Assembly: GCA_020536535.1 (NCBI GenBank) | Contig: JAHLWZ010000255.1 | Location: 1-45,301, forward strand | DNA: 45,301 nt | Direction: 5' to 3' | From: Pelomyxa schiedti | Taxonomy: Eukaryota; Protista; Evosea | In this document: positions 25,201-36,082 of the stretch, piece after piece | Position numbering within the stretch: position 1 is the stretch's first letter | Layout: every line of letters begins with the position of its first letter | Program-made: the position numbers and the translations under genes | Notes under the pieces: generated by a model | Told to the model about the DNA's origin: nothing | Databases searched by the model: none | Seen by the model: the letters and a program-made list of their open reading frames with translations, nothing else

Positions 25201-27819
25201 TAGAGAACTCCGCATCAGTGTAGACTGTGATAGATACTTGACGAAGGATTGTCCCTCGGGAGAAATCTCACGAAAGTCCTCTGCTTGTACCTGTTTCAGT
25301 ACGGTTTCTTCCACCAGTGAAAGAAACTCAGGATCACCAGAAGTGCCAGGTGTTGAATCTATTGCCTGTTGTATGAGTTCTTCAAGATTTTGGGCAGATG
25401 GTTTGAGGGAACTTCGAAAATCGCCACCAAATCTGCCTCCTAGAGTAGTCAAGGAACCTAATCCAAGGTGTTGGGCATTGTCAGCCACGAATTTCACAAA
25501 TTCAATGCCTCCAGTTAATATGGAAAATGGCTGTTTCAAAGCTTTCTCACATTTCTCCTGAAGAAGGGCTAGAGCCTGCAGCGATTTGGGTGGTGTGGTT
25601 TCGGCAAATACTTTGCATAATGTGCTTAGAGTTTCGCGCTCTAGCTGCTTGGGGGTTCCTTTTTGCTCCATAAAGAGTGCAAAGTCATCATCTTCAGGAC
25701 TACGATATCTTTCGATGTACTCAAGCGCAATTCTTGCCAGAGTGTCGTTGTTCAAGGGAAGACCAAAAAATTCCAAAGCATTTCTGAGATCTTCAAGTCT
25801 GAAAGTCTTCAGTAAGGAACGATGAATGTTGTACTAAAGGAAAGCATACGGTAAATGAACAGCCGTTTCCCAAGCAGAACAAAAAGGTATTACTTCTGGA
25901 TCACGTATGTTTTTGAAGTTCCCCCTCTTCAATAATAGAGCAGCCACCCACAAAAAAACGGCTTTGATAGAAACTCCATCAACCAGTACACGGGAGGATA
26001 GAAGTGCACTACGATTCCTACCCAGCCAATTCCCAGAAACTCGCCAGTACTGCAACCATTTGACTGTGCACAAAACTTCTTTGTTCACATAGTACAAGTA
26101 GGACTTACTTGGGGTCTTTGGTAGGACTTCACTTGCCTTTGATACCATCTCTTGTATTGCCAAGGCTTGTTTCTGTTTGGCCTCCTCCTTACATCTGTTT
26201 ATTTGCACCTCGTGTTCTTGGCAGAGAGTGTCAAAAACAGTCGCCAATGTCTCGTGCTTCGAATTTATCTCTTTGTACATTGTGCAAAACAGACCCAACG
26301 ATCTGACTACGGCAACTTTCGCGAGAACCTCTACGCTGATGTTCTTCTGCGCCGAGTACTGTGTTATCAGAGTCAACGGATCTGTGGGCATGTTGTAGCG
26401 CTTCATTTCATCAAAAGTCGACGCAAGGCTCTCTGAGGTGACCATATCAACCACCTCTATGGCGTCTGCCTCGTTACAGTGCGGGAATTGTTGTCTCACG
26501 AACGGATGCTCAGTGATTGGCCCCATCTTGGCGTAGGCGTAGGAGTACAGGTTCTCACTTGCCGCGAACAGGTTCGCCAGATCAGAGACGGTAATAATAT
26601 GATTTGTTGTGACGGCGACTTTCACGAGCGCATTCATCCTCTCCTCTTTCCTGCGGAAGTCTTCAAGCACTGGCGATTTCTCGACATCCTTCAGAGGCCC
26701 ATTGTAGTTCAGTTTCGCCTCTTTTTTTACATTTTCGTAACTGACATACACTCCCCTCTGAGATTGGTCTTCAATGACTTCCTCACACAGGGCATCGGCA
26801 TTTCTAGAAGTATAGCGTCTTGCCGGTCTGTCTGACGAAGGCGTAGACACAGAAGAAGAAGCAGACGCGCACGAAGACGACGACGAGGTGGAGGGGACAG
26901 GCACCTGTGGAATGCCCTGCTGTGCATAAGTATAAGCATAATAAGCATCAGCATAACCAGAAGTATAACCAGAAGCATAAGAATCAGCATCAGCAGAAGC
27001 AGAAGNNNNNNNNNNNNNNNNNNNNNNNNNNNNNNNNNNNNNNNNNNNNNNNNNNNNNNNNNNNNNNNNNNNNNNNNNNNNNNNNNNNNNNNNNNNNNNN
27101 NNNNNGAGGTGGAGGGGACAGGCACCTGTGGAATGCCCTGCTGTGCATAAGTATAAGCATAATAAGCATCAGCATAACCAGAAGTATAACCAGAAGCATA
27201 AGAATCAGCATCAGCAGAAGCAGAAGAAGACGTGCACGAAGACGACGGCGACGACGACGACGAGGTGAAGGGTAGCCACGGAGTCCAAGGGCCTGCGGAA
27301 GGATCGTACTCAAATGGTCGGACCCGCTCTGCGGTCGCCAGAGCGCTACTACCAGTGCTTGTGCTTGTAGTACTACTCGTGGTGCCGCTGGGGGTGGTGG
27401 TCGTGGTTGCTGTTGCAGTTGCTGTTGTGGCGCCGCTGTGCTGGGGGGGGCTCCTGCTTGCAGCGGCTGTGGTGCCGCCTGTGCTTCGCTTGGTCGAGGC
27501 GGCGGGGGACCGAGGCTGCGGCTCAGCTGCTGTTGCTGGGGTCGACGCGGTTGGCGGGGGCGGCGGCCGGGCCTGCTGCTGCTGCTGCGGGGGGCCGCGT
27601 GGCCGCACCGGCGCCGGATTTGATTTCGGCTTTGGCTTCGACTGCGGCGGGGCCGCCGGGGGTGCGGAGGAGCCCAGGGCCGAGGGCTTCACGCCGAGAC
27701 GGTTAGGGGCGCCACTGTTGCTCGCAGTGTTGGTGCGGGTGTTGGAGTTCGACCTCGGGGCTGTGCTCTGGGGCGTTGTAACGACATTAGGTTTTTTTGC
27801 AAAAGAAAGGGACAACCAT
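19276..27819 (-). CDS. NO VEIN-like protein (~2,720 aa): NOV N-terminal region, sacsin-like GHKL ATPase, C-terminal DUF3883 PD-(D/E)xK-like domain
   Basis: GHKL motifs LSTELYSEASHFVLEIVQNAEDN, NNEIGFTEKDLVALC, YIGHKGIGFKSVF, LLLFLKKL, VFAFLPL, FICQADWVVPSSREDI. C-terminal IGNWGEELV..WLN..ESGESYDL..FVEVKST. NOV-like MGPITEHPFV and PLLTDISVWCHWD. Introns 27768-27816, 25834-25893, 24526-24567. Spans an assembly gap. Confidence 0.9.
26885..27226. other. Scaffold gap (N 27006-27105) flanked by an exact 121-nt direct duplication (26885-27005 = 27106-27226)
   Basis: Identical flanks with the same 121-nt length as at the first gap. Collapsing restores the NOV frame. Confidence 0.92.
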
Positions 27820-28102
27820 GGAGGTACTGGAGCTCTTTGTTCCGGAAATTTGTTTTCCTTTTTTTTTGGCGTTTGGTCCCACCGGAACTCCAGGGTGGAT
27901 GAAACTCTTGGGAACCTGTGTCATGACCAAGTTAGTTCCAGAGTACAGACTGAATGTTGTGATCAGTGAAGTTCCACACCTTTGAGACACTGTAAAGAGC
28001 GGAGAGACCATTCAGAAACTGAGTGAGCCTAAGGAAAGTTCCGTTTGCGTTCGGAAATCCACACAAAGCAAAACAACGCAAACACAAAAAAAAAACTCGG
28101 TG

Positions 28103-30207
28103 ATGAGTTCTGCCGCACCACCGGGCGCCGTGTCTTTGACACCGGCAACAAAGAGTAGTAGCAGCAGCAACACGGAAAACGTGTTGCCCGTAGTTAGGCC
28201 TCTGAGTTCTTCTTCGTCTTCCGCGTCGTCATCTTCCGCGTCTGGTGTGGAGCCGTCTTGCAAGAGAAGACGCACGGACTGCCCTTACTTGGACACCATT
28301 GACAGGACCGTGTTGGATTTCGACTTCGAGAAGCTGTGCTCTGTTACTTTGTGCAACATCAATGTGTATGCCTGTCTGGTTTGTGGAAAGTACTTCCAAG
28401 GTTTGTTTCTACCTCTGTCTCTCTCTTTTTTTTTTTTTTGCCTTGTGAATAACTTTGCCGTATTTTGCAGGGAGGGGGCAAAACACACAAGCTTATGAAC
28501 ACAGTCTACAAAGTGATCACCACGTTTTCATAAACCTTACGAACCAAAAGGTAGCTCAGTCCCTTCATGCTTTTTGTTCTGATGCATTAAGATTTACTGT
28601 CTTCCTGATGACTATGAAGTCATAGACGCCTCTCTGGAAGATATAAAGGTAGTCCTCATGAGACTTTTCAACCTCATTTATACGTGAAAGTGTCTGTTAA
28701 ATCCTGTATTCACACCGGAACAAATTGCTCGACTTGATGTGAACTTAAATTATGTGAGGTGTCTAGTAGGTGGAGGGCAATACCTTCCTGGATTCATCGG
28801 TCTCAATAACATTAAGGTATCTCAGACATCAAGGTCTGACGCACAAGTAAAATCCTTCTTTTCCTCTCCCTTTCTACAGTGCACAGACTATATAAGTGTT
28901 GTACTTCAAGCTCTTGTTCATGTAGGGCCACTTAGGAACTTTATGATCAAAGTGGATAGCAATGACAAGGTAGTCCCACTTTCCTCAGAGGGAAAAAAAT
29001 GACATTCCATAGGCCAACACTCCACTGGTAATCAGATTTGGGGAGCTTGTTCGCAAGATGTGGAGCCCACATAACTTCAAGGGCCAAGTCAGCCCTCATG
29101 AGCTTCTTCAAGCTATACAATCTGCTTCCCAGAAGAGGTTCAAGATTGGAACAATGGGTGACCCTATGCAATTCACACAGTGGTTCTTAAATACCCTCCA
29201 TACTGACCTGGGTGGCACAAAAAAGAATGGCTCCAGTAAGTTTTTTTCCGCTCTCACGTAATCCTAATTCTTTATGCCCAAGGTATTATTCATAGAGTCT
29301 TCCAGGGTGAGATGGTGGTGACTACCATTACATCCGCACAAGCACCCACCTTAGATTCCCGTGGTGAGATTGTTCAATCGATGGATGGTCCAGGTACCCT
29401 TTTTCCTATCATTCCTTGTTTCGTAACTGAGGTATAGAGGACTCTGAGCTAAGTAGATTGCGTTTCTTGTGTGCCCCCTTGAAATGATTTCATTAGTCAT
29501 ATCTGCACTAATGAGCACTTCAGGAATCTGTCATTGGACCTTCCTAGCGTACCTCTTTTTAAGGATGAACGCGAAACAAACATCATTCCACAGGTAACGC
29601 ACCAAGTCCACCTCACAACTTTTAAATGAAAAAGGTGCCTCTTTTCAATTTGTTGAACAAATACAATGGCCGGCAAGAGCAATTCTTTGTGAGTGGCGAG
29701 CGCAAGAAATATATTATCAACAAACTACCTCCATACCTTGTCCTCCACCTTAAGCGCTTCACAAAGAACAGTTTCTTCGTAGAGAAGAACAACACCATCG
29801 TGAATTTCCCAATGAAGAACCTCGATATGAGAGATTGTATACTCCTGGCATTTACGACTTCCTTGGTTTTAACACGTTGCAGATGTTCATCCTCTAGTGC
29901 AGGGATCCACACGTTATGACCTGGTGGCGAGTATAAGACATGAAGGAAAGCCCGATACTGGGTGCTACTCCATTTTCGTCCACAATAAGGTTAAAATCCA
30001 AAGCTACCAAAACGGATACTAATAGTTACACAGGCCAATGACACGTGGTACGAAATACAAGACTTGAGTGTGAGAGAAACGATCCCTCACCTCATCGCTG
30101 TCTCAGAAGCATATGTCCTCATATATGAGCGACAACCCGCTGGCCCACAGACGCCAACAAATACCACTAGCACTTCCTCAGCACCCAACAAACCAAACAA
30201 CTCGTGA
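28103..30207 (+). CDS. USP39: U4/U6.U5 tri-snRNP-associated protein 2 (USP39/Sad1), ZnF-UBP + catalytically inactive USP domain
   Basis: CPYLDTIDRTVLDFDFEKLCSVTL..NVYACLVCGKYFQGRG, YLPGFIGLNNIKCTDY (Asp at catalytic Cys position), FKGQVSPHELLQA, LDLPSVPLFKDE..NIIPQV, LHLKRFTKNSFFVEKN, WYEIQDLSV, SEAYVLIYERQ. Stop TGA 30205-30207. Confidence 0.96.
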
Positions 30208-30644
30208 ACCAGACAACACAAAGAACTTTGAACAAGTGGGAGTGACAAAGATAGCCATCCATTTAGTGCATTTGGTTAAGCAATTCAAGCTACACAACTC
30301 ACTAATCCGCTCGCTGCTGTACCAAACCTTCCAAAATCAACGCATTTTTATTGTACGGCAGCTTCGGTTCACGGAAGGCAATTCGGCAAGTTGACTGGGG
30401 AGCACAAAAACAATCAACCCCTATTTCACGGCTGCGTGAGCCGGTAATATCAAATAGACCGCCGGACGTGCGTGTAACAAATACTTGCCTGTGTTCAGAG
30501 ACAGTGAAGATTGAATTAGTTGAGAACAGTGGACCGTGCTGCTCTCCCTGTTGTCTGTTGAGTGGGGTAAACCAGGGAACAATAAACTGCAAGGGGCTTG
30601 ATAAAACAACACAACTCCGAGTTGTGTTTGACATCTGGTGGTGA

Positions 30645-33600
30645 ATGTTGAATCAGGTGTTTTATCGCCCCCTTTTGTTGTGTGGGTGACTTTTTTGTCT
30701 TGTGTTTGTTTCGTCTTTGCCTTATGACTCCAAATTACAGCCACCACCTAGCCCAAGGCTCAGAAAGAGTTCCTCATTACGGGAATCCGAGACGTATGAG
30801 GCCTTAGCAACAACACAACAACAACAAGTGCCATCACCCACCCCATCACCGACGCCATCACCCGCTCCCTCTCCCACAATAGGGCCCCAAAGCCCGCATA
30901 CTACTACAAGCTCCAGCGACCACACCTCACACTCCCACACTTCACACACCACACGGGGTCGTGAGAGGGGACACAGGTCCTCGGCATCGATGTCCTCCGC
31001 CTACGCCTCACCCTCATCCACATGTACATCAGCATCAGCATCAGCATCAACATCCACATCAACACCGGCATCGACATCTACAACGGCATCGACATCAACA
31101 TCAACCTCGTCATCCATATCCCCGTCGTCATCACCTAGGTCACCGCGGCGGTCGCCTGAGACTGGGACTGAGCACGGTGCTTTGTCCTCACCAAAGGTGG
31201 CGCTGCTGTTGCCGCCATTGACATCCCTGCCTCTTGGTTCTCTGGGGGATCAAGTGGAGGCGCCAGTTATTCAGCAAGAGGTATGCCAGCACTGCCTGGA
31301 ATGCTTATGTTAAATATGCATTGTATATTATGTGGTTCTAACAAGTCCCAATATAAATAACTACATTCGAGATTCTAACTTTGAATGAAGAGCCCACGAC
31401 ATTCACACCATCACCACCAAAACTGGGACAGACGGGAATCGGACCCAGGACAACAGTCTGTGAAGCTTGGAGATCATTCACGAAAACTGAGTTATGACTC
31501 TGATCACCTGCGGCACAACTCTCACTCCCACAGCCACAGAGACACGCCCGGCACATCCACAACTTCAAGTGATGACAGCACAATAAACTCCACTCCGGGG
31601 AGACGTGGAGACCACAGACACAGGCGGAGCGTACTGATTGACAGGGTTACTGCAATAGGAGATATACGCTCCTTCAGTACTGACCCCCTCCAGACACCGG
31701 GTCAGATGGTATCCCCCCATTTTCTGTTTAGCGCTCACGAAAACAGATAAAATTACCACTGGATTTAAGGTCTTCAACCCCGTTATTACTCACCCCATGC
31801 TCACCAAGATCTGAGCACGGATTGTATGAGCTCCTGTTTGCTGTATTGTTCTAATTGCCCTTGGTAGAACAAGGTCTCCCTCCGGTCTATCCATATCTAC
31901 ACAGCCCGTAACAGAAGGTGGTCCCAGTGTAGCAATTATATTATGCGAGTCCATATTTGTAAATTTTCCTGTGAGAGCTGTCCACTTTCAAAGTGGAACA
32001 TATGATGTGTCAGTCACGGCCGAATCACCATCACCAGAACCAACAACAATAACTACACCACCCCAACCTACCTGGATACCATTTCCAACCGAATTTCTGT
32101 CTACACCAAAAGTATGTGCCTGGTCATTTGGATCCCCAGAGGCACCTGCACTGTCGACAGTGACATCTAGTAAAATTTCTTCTACAAGATGCGGGTTCAA
32201 CGTTTCTTTGGAAGGCCGGCACATCGTTCGTTGGATCTCCTATACAACCCCTGCGACACATGCTTCCCTTAAAGATGCTATAAGACTTTGCCTTGCACAT
32301 CCCCGGGACAATGTATCCCCAGGTTTACTTGAGAAATTGGAAGAATGTACCAAGGTAACAGTGAACTAAAAGCTCACCTATTTACCTTTCATACCTGAAG
32401 ACTGTGGGCATAAATGGACCTGCGGTGGATGGACAAACGCTTCTTCATGCTGCTGCGTATGCTGGCAATCTTGAATTAATCAAGTGGCTGCTTAAGAGAG
32501 ACGCTGATGTTGAATCCAAGGTAATTTTTAAACCAGGGCTAAAGGTAATTGAAACTTATCACAGGATGAAATGGGGTGGACTCCTATCATGTAAGACCTA
32601 GGTAAAAATCGATCTCTTCACATAATTACTTGAAAAAAGGTGTGCAATCAACCAAGGATTCTTTTCTATAGCACAGTTCCTCATATCCAAGGGTGCAACT
32701 ATATCAGTAATTACCTGCAGGAAGCAGACCCCTCTCCATTTATTGGCCAAGTCATATAAACAAGATGACGAATTGGCGTACAAGGTGATTTTATGGGTTG
32801 TGTTCAGAAATGTACCAATACTAGTAGTTACTTAGAACAATTTTGGCATCGCACTGCCCTGTGAATGCCCGAACTGACACGGGCGATACTGCTCTGATGT
32901 TTGCTTGCTGTGTCAGCAGTATACAAATGGAATTCATAACAACATTGTTGGAATCTAGAGCAGATCCCAGTGTGTCTCATTAGTCAATTCCTCCATCATC
33001 GTGACTCCTACATAGACATATCAAATAACAAAGGGGAAACCCCTCTCTCCAAAGCAGCAGAAACAAAAAATCCGGAACTCATTGAGGCTCTTTCAATGTT
33101 ATCTCCATCTATCCACTCCACTCGTAACAATCACTAGATACAATACCTTTGCCCCGGCATCACAGCCCCAACCTCTCATGGTGGATATCTCTCGGTTAGT
33201 TCCGGAACTTCCTCCTGGTCCACAACCTCCTCTACCCCTGGAAGTCCTGAGGCTTCTATTTGAGGCAATGCCCTCCCAAACCTCTCTCTTTCAGAGTGGA
33301 AGGTTCAAGGTTCAACAAAGAAGGATGGTCATAGATTTTTCAGCACCATTTTCCCATCCTCCCACTGTACTGGTATGGAGTTTTGTTGGCTCTCGATCAC
33401 AAATGCCAGTAGATAGGATAACTCCTTCACAACTTTGTGTGGATACAGATCATGTTATTCCATTCTAATGTTACTCAGCTTTCACTATTATACTGGATGG
33501 CCTGCCTCTTGCAAGCCCTCTAAATTGGGTGGCCTATATGCCCCCAAGTACGGTGAAGCCAATTATTTCTAAGCATAAGAGACTTCTTGGCTCTGAAGAC

Positions 33601-35884
33601 GCAACACCGGATCAAACGAACGAACCTAACGTCTCTCAACCATGCTGCTCTCTTTTGTGCTGATGCCCTAATTAGAAGCCTCCTGTAGGCCCACCGATTC
33701 TCGAGTTGCTGCATCCTTCTGGAAAAGCTCCCTTGTCTGGGCAGGTCATTCCTGCCATTGACAATGCTGAGTACTTGGCCCCCGTTACAGTTGAAGTATG
33801 GTAATTACTTACCTACATTTTCCTAAGCATCAAAAAAAGCATGCCACTGAGGAAATGTATACCCCACTTGATGTGTATGCGAAGTTCCAAGAATATTTTC
33901 AACTGTTTGAAGAACCTGATTCAGAAGAAAATATAAGATGGATGAGAATCCCCATTGAAACCGCTGCCAACGTTGCTATGTTCATTTTTTGTTTTATAGT
34001 AAACTGGAATAGTTAGCACCTGGATCTCGTGAGTACATGATTCGTGGTGGAACTGTTTTTAAACTTGTCCAATATCTTACTCACCAAGAAGAGAGTGGTG
34101 TGAAACCGTCTTAATTCATTTTTCTCTTACAACCAACTCAAGATATGGACTTTGTTCATTCCTTTTTAATATCCCACAGTGCTTATGTTGATGATATCAA
34201 ATTATTCGACATGCTGGTGGCCAGGTAAATACATAACTTTTCAGGTTGTCCTTATTGGAGCTTAGGTTTTTTATGCGTCGGCCAGTCACTTTTGACTCGG
34301 ATGAATTCACCTCTAAGATCCGCAATATTGTCCGCCTTAGGTAGGTAATGCACCATTTCCATCATGTCAACCCTTCTCTCAGGGTTGTCAATATTATTCG
34401 TACATGGGCTACCTTGTACTTTGATGACTTTCAGGACCCTGTACATCTGCAGAAGCTTACAACCACACTTGAAATATTCTCAAAATACTGCAAAGCAGCA
34501 ACAGTTGTACTTTCCCTCATTCTACGGGTGTGCAGTTTATCCTTCAAATAAAAATTAACTTGATACATCAGAAAGCCAATACAGTTGCTATTCCCACCAC
34601 CACACCTCCATCGATTGTACTTAAAGCGGATGTCACTTCAGTTCTAGATGTGCATCCTGAAGAGCTGGCAAGGCAAATCACATTACTTGAGTGGAATGTG
34701 TGGCGTAAAATCAGACCCAGAGGTAACCTACTTTCCCCTTGGAGTGAAGGATAAACACCTTGGCAGAATTTGTGAGAAATGCGTGGACCAAACCACTCTT
34801 AAAAGAAAAACTAGCTGCAAATATAACTGAGATGATCGTGGAATCAAATAAGGTCTACCTTCTTTTTGTTTGCCTCTTTTTTAAAGAAAAAAATAAATAT
34901 AGCGAACAATGTGGTGCATCTCTGAAGTTGTACGATTCAAAAGTGAAAAAGAGAGGGCTCTTGCTATACACAGACTTATATTGACAGCTGACGTCAGTTA
35001 CTCTGTACTTCCAACGGTAGATGGTAACTTACAACCAGGCCTGTTTCAGAATTAGAAATTTTAATGGCTTGATGGAAATAATTTCATCACTTCAGAACTC
35101 TGCAGTTCACAGACTAAAACATTCATGGAGTGTAAGTACCCCTCTTTTTTGTGTTCACCAATAGCCAAACATTTTCTTAACACTTACAACCAACACAAAA
35201 GTATCTTCCTCCGACAACTTGGGACCTGTATGACAAGTACTGTGCTTTTTTGGATGCCAAGGGGAATTTTCAGCAATACCGCGATGCACTTAAAGTGTCT
35301 GTGACTCCATGTATTCCATATCTTGGTACAATCTTGCTTCTCCAAGTTTTTATTTTAACAATGTTTTTCCAGGGATGATTCTCACCGATCTCACATTTGC
35401 TAATGATGGCAATCCAGACCTTATCACAGGCACACAACTTGTAAACTTCGCGAAATATAGACATACATCCGGCATAGTCAAGTTTGCTTTCTATTCTCTT
35501 TTAGGATAGTTGGATTTACTTTTCCAACAGAGCACTGCAGTTATGGCAAGTGACTGGATTTTCATTTGACCGTGTAGAAAAAATACAACACTACTTGAAC
35601 GGTTCCAAAGTTCTAACAGCTGACGAATCGTTTGATATGAGTTTGTCCCTAGAACCTCCCAATAAAAGTGGAACGTGTGTTTTACATTCTCACTGGCCAT
35701 ATAACCTCATAATATTCCCTCAGTCCTGCCAAAATAAATACTTCCGCAGTTGAGAAGGCATCTAGGGTTTGTCTTCCCTCCCATATTATTACAACATGGT
35801 AATGCTGCTCAACAGGACATTTTCGGGAAAGATAACACTCTGTTACTAAAGGCACAAAAGATGGCTGCCAAAGGGAAAGATTGA
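30645..35884 (+). CDS. RasGEF (REM + CDC25 domains) with S/T/H-rich N-terminus, ~5 ankyrin repeats and two copies of an H-lectin-like beta domain
   Basis: Ankyrin motifs GQTLLHAAAYAGNLELIKWLL, GWTPIMCA, KQTPLHLL, GDTALMFAC, GETPLSKA. REM IRGGTVFKLVQYLT, FVHSFL, RVVNIIRTW. CDC25 PEELARQITLLE, NFNGLMEI, RLKHSW, PCIPYLGMILTDLTFANDGNPD, VNFAK. The start (MLNQ exon) and last exon are less certain. Confidence 0.92.
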
Positions 35885-36082
35885 GTGAACATAGCAGCCG
35901 CTGTACAATCCTTTTACATAGTATAATTTTGTATCTAGTTTACGCCTTTGCCCGTTTTTTCGTTTATGACCCAACAACTCGTGCCCCAGACAAACCAATT
36001 TGATCAGAAATTGAAATTTAAGGTAACAAAAAAAAAAAAAACCGGTTTGTGAGCCGCTGCAAAACAACGAAGCGGTCGGTCG

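Noticed and set aside
27840-28060. Recurrent CGGAA motif in upstream regions (also near 4176, 19102, 30372, 41093)
   Set aside because: Too short to distinguish from chance without a genome-wide enrichment test.
28780-28900. USP domain lacking catalytic Cys
   Set aside because: Normal for USP39/Sad1 pseudo-deubiquitinases.
30302-30644. ORFs of ~100 aa on both strands between USP39 and the RasGEF
   Set aside because: No motifs, and mutually overlapping; best explained as UTR/promoter sequence.
30830-31140. Short tandem repeats (CATCAG, CCATCA; also QP repeat ~5030-5060, T-tracts ~36370-36480, TTGTTTG ~43488-43512)
   Set aside because: Ordinary low-complexity coding or intronic microsatellites.
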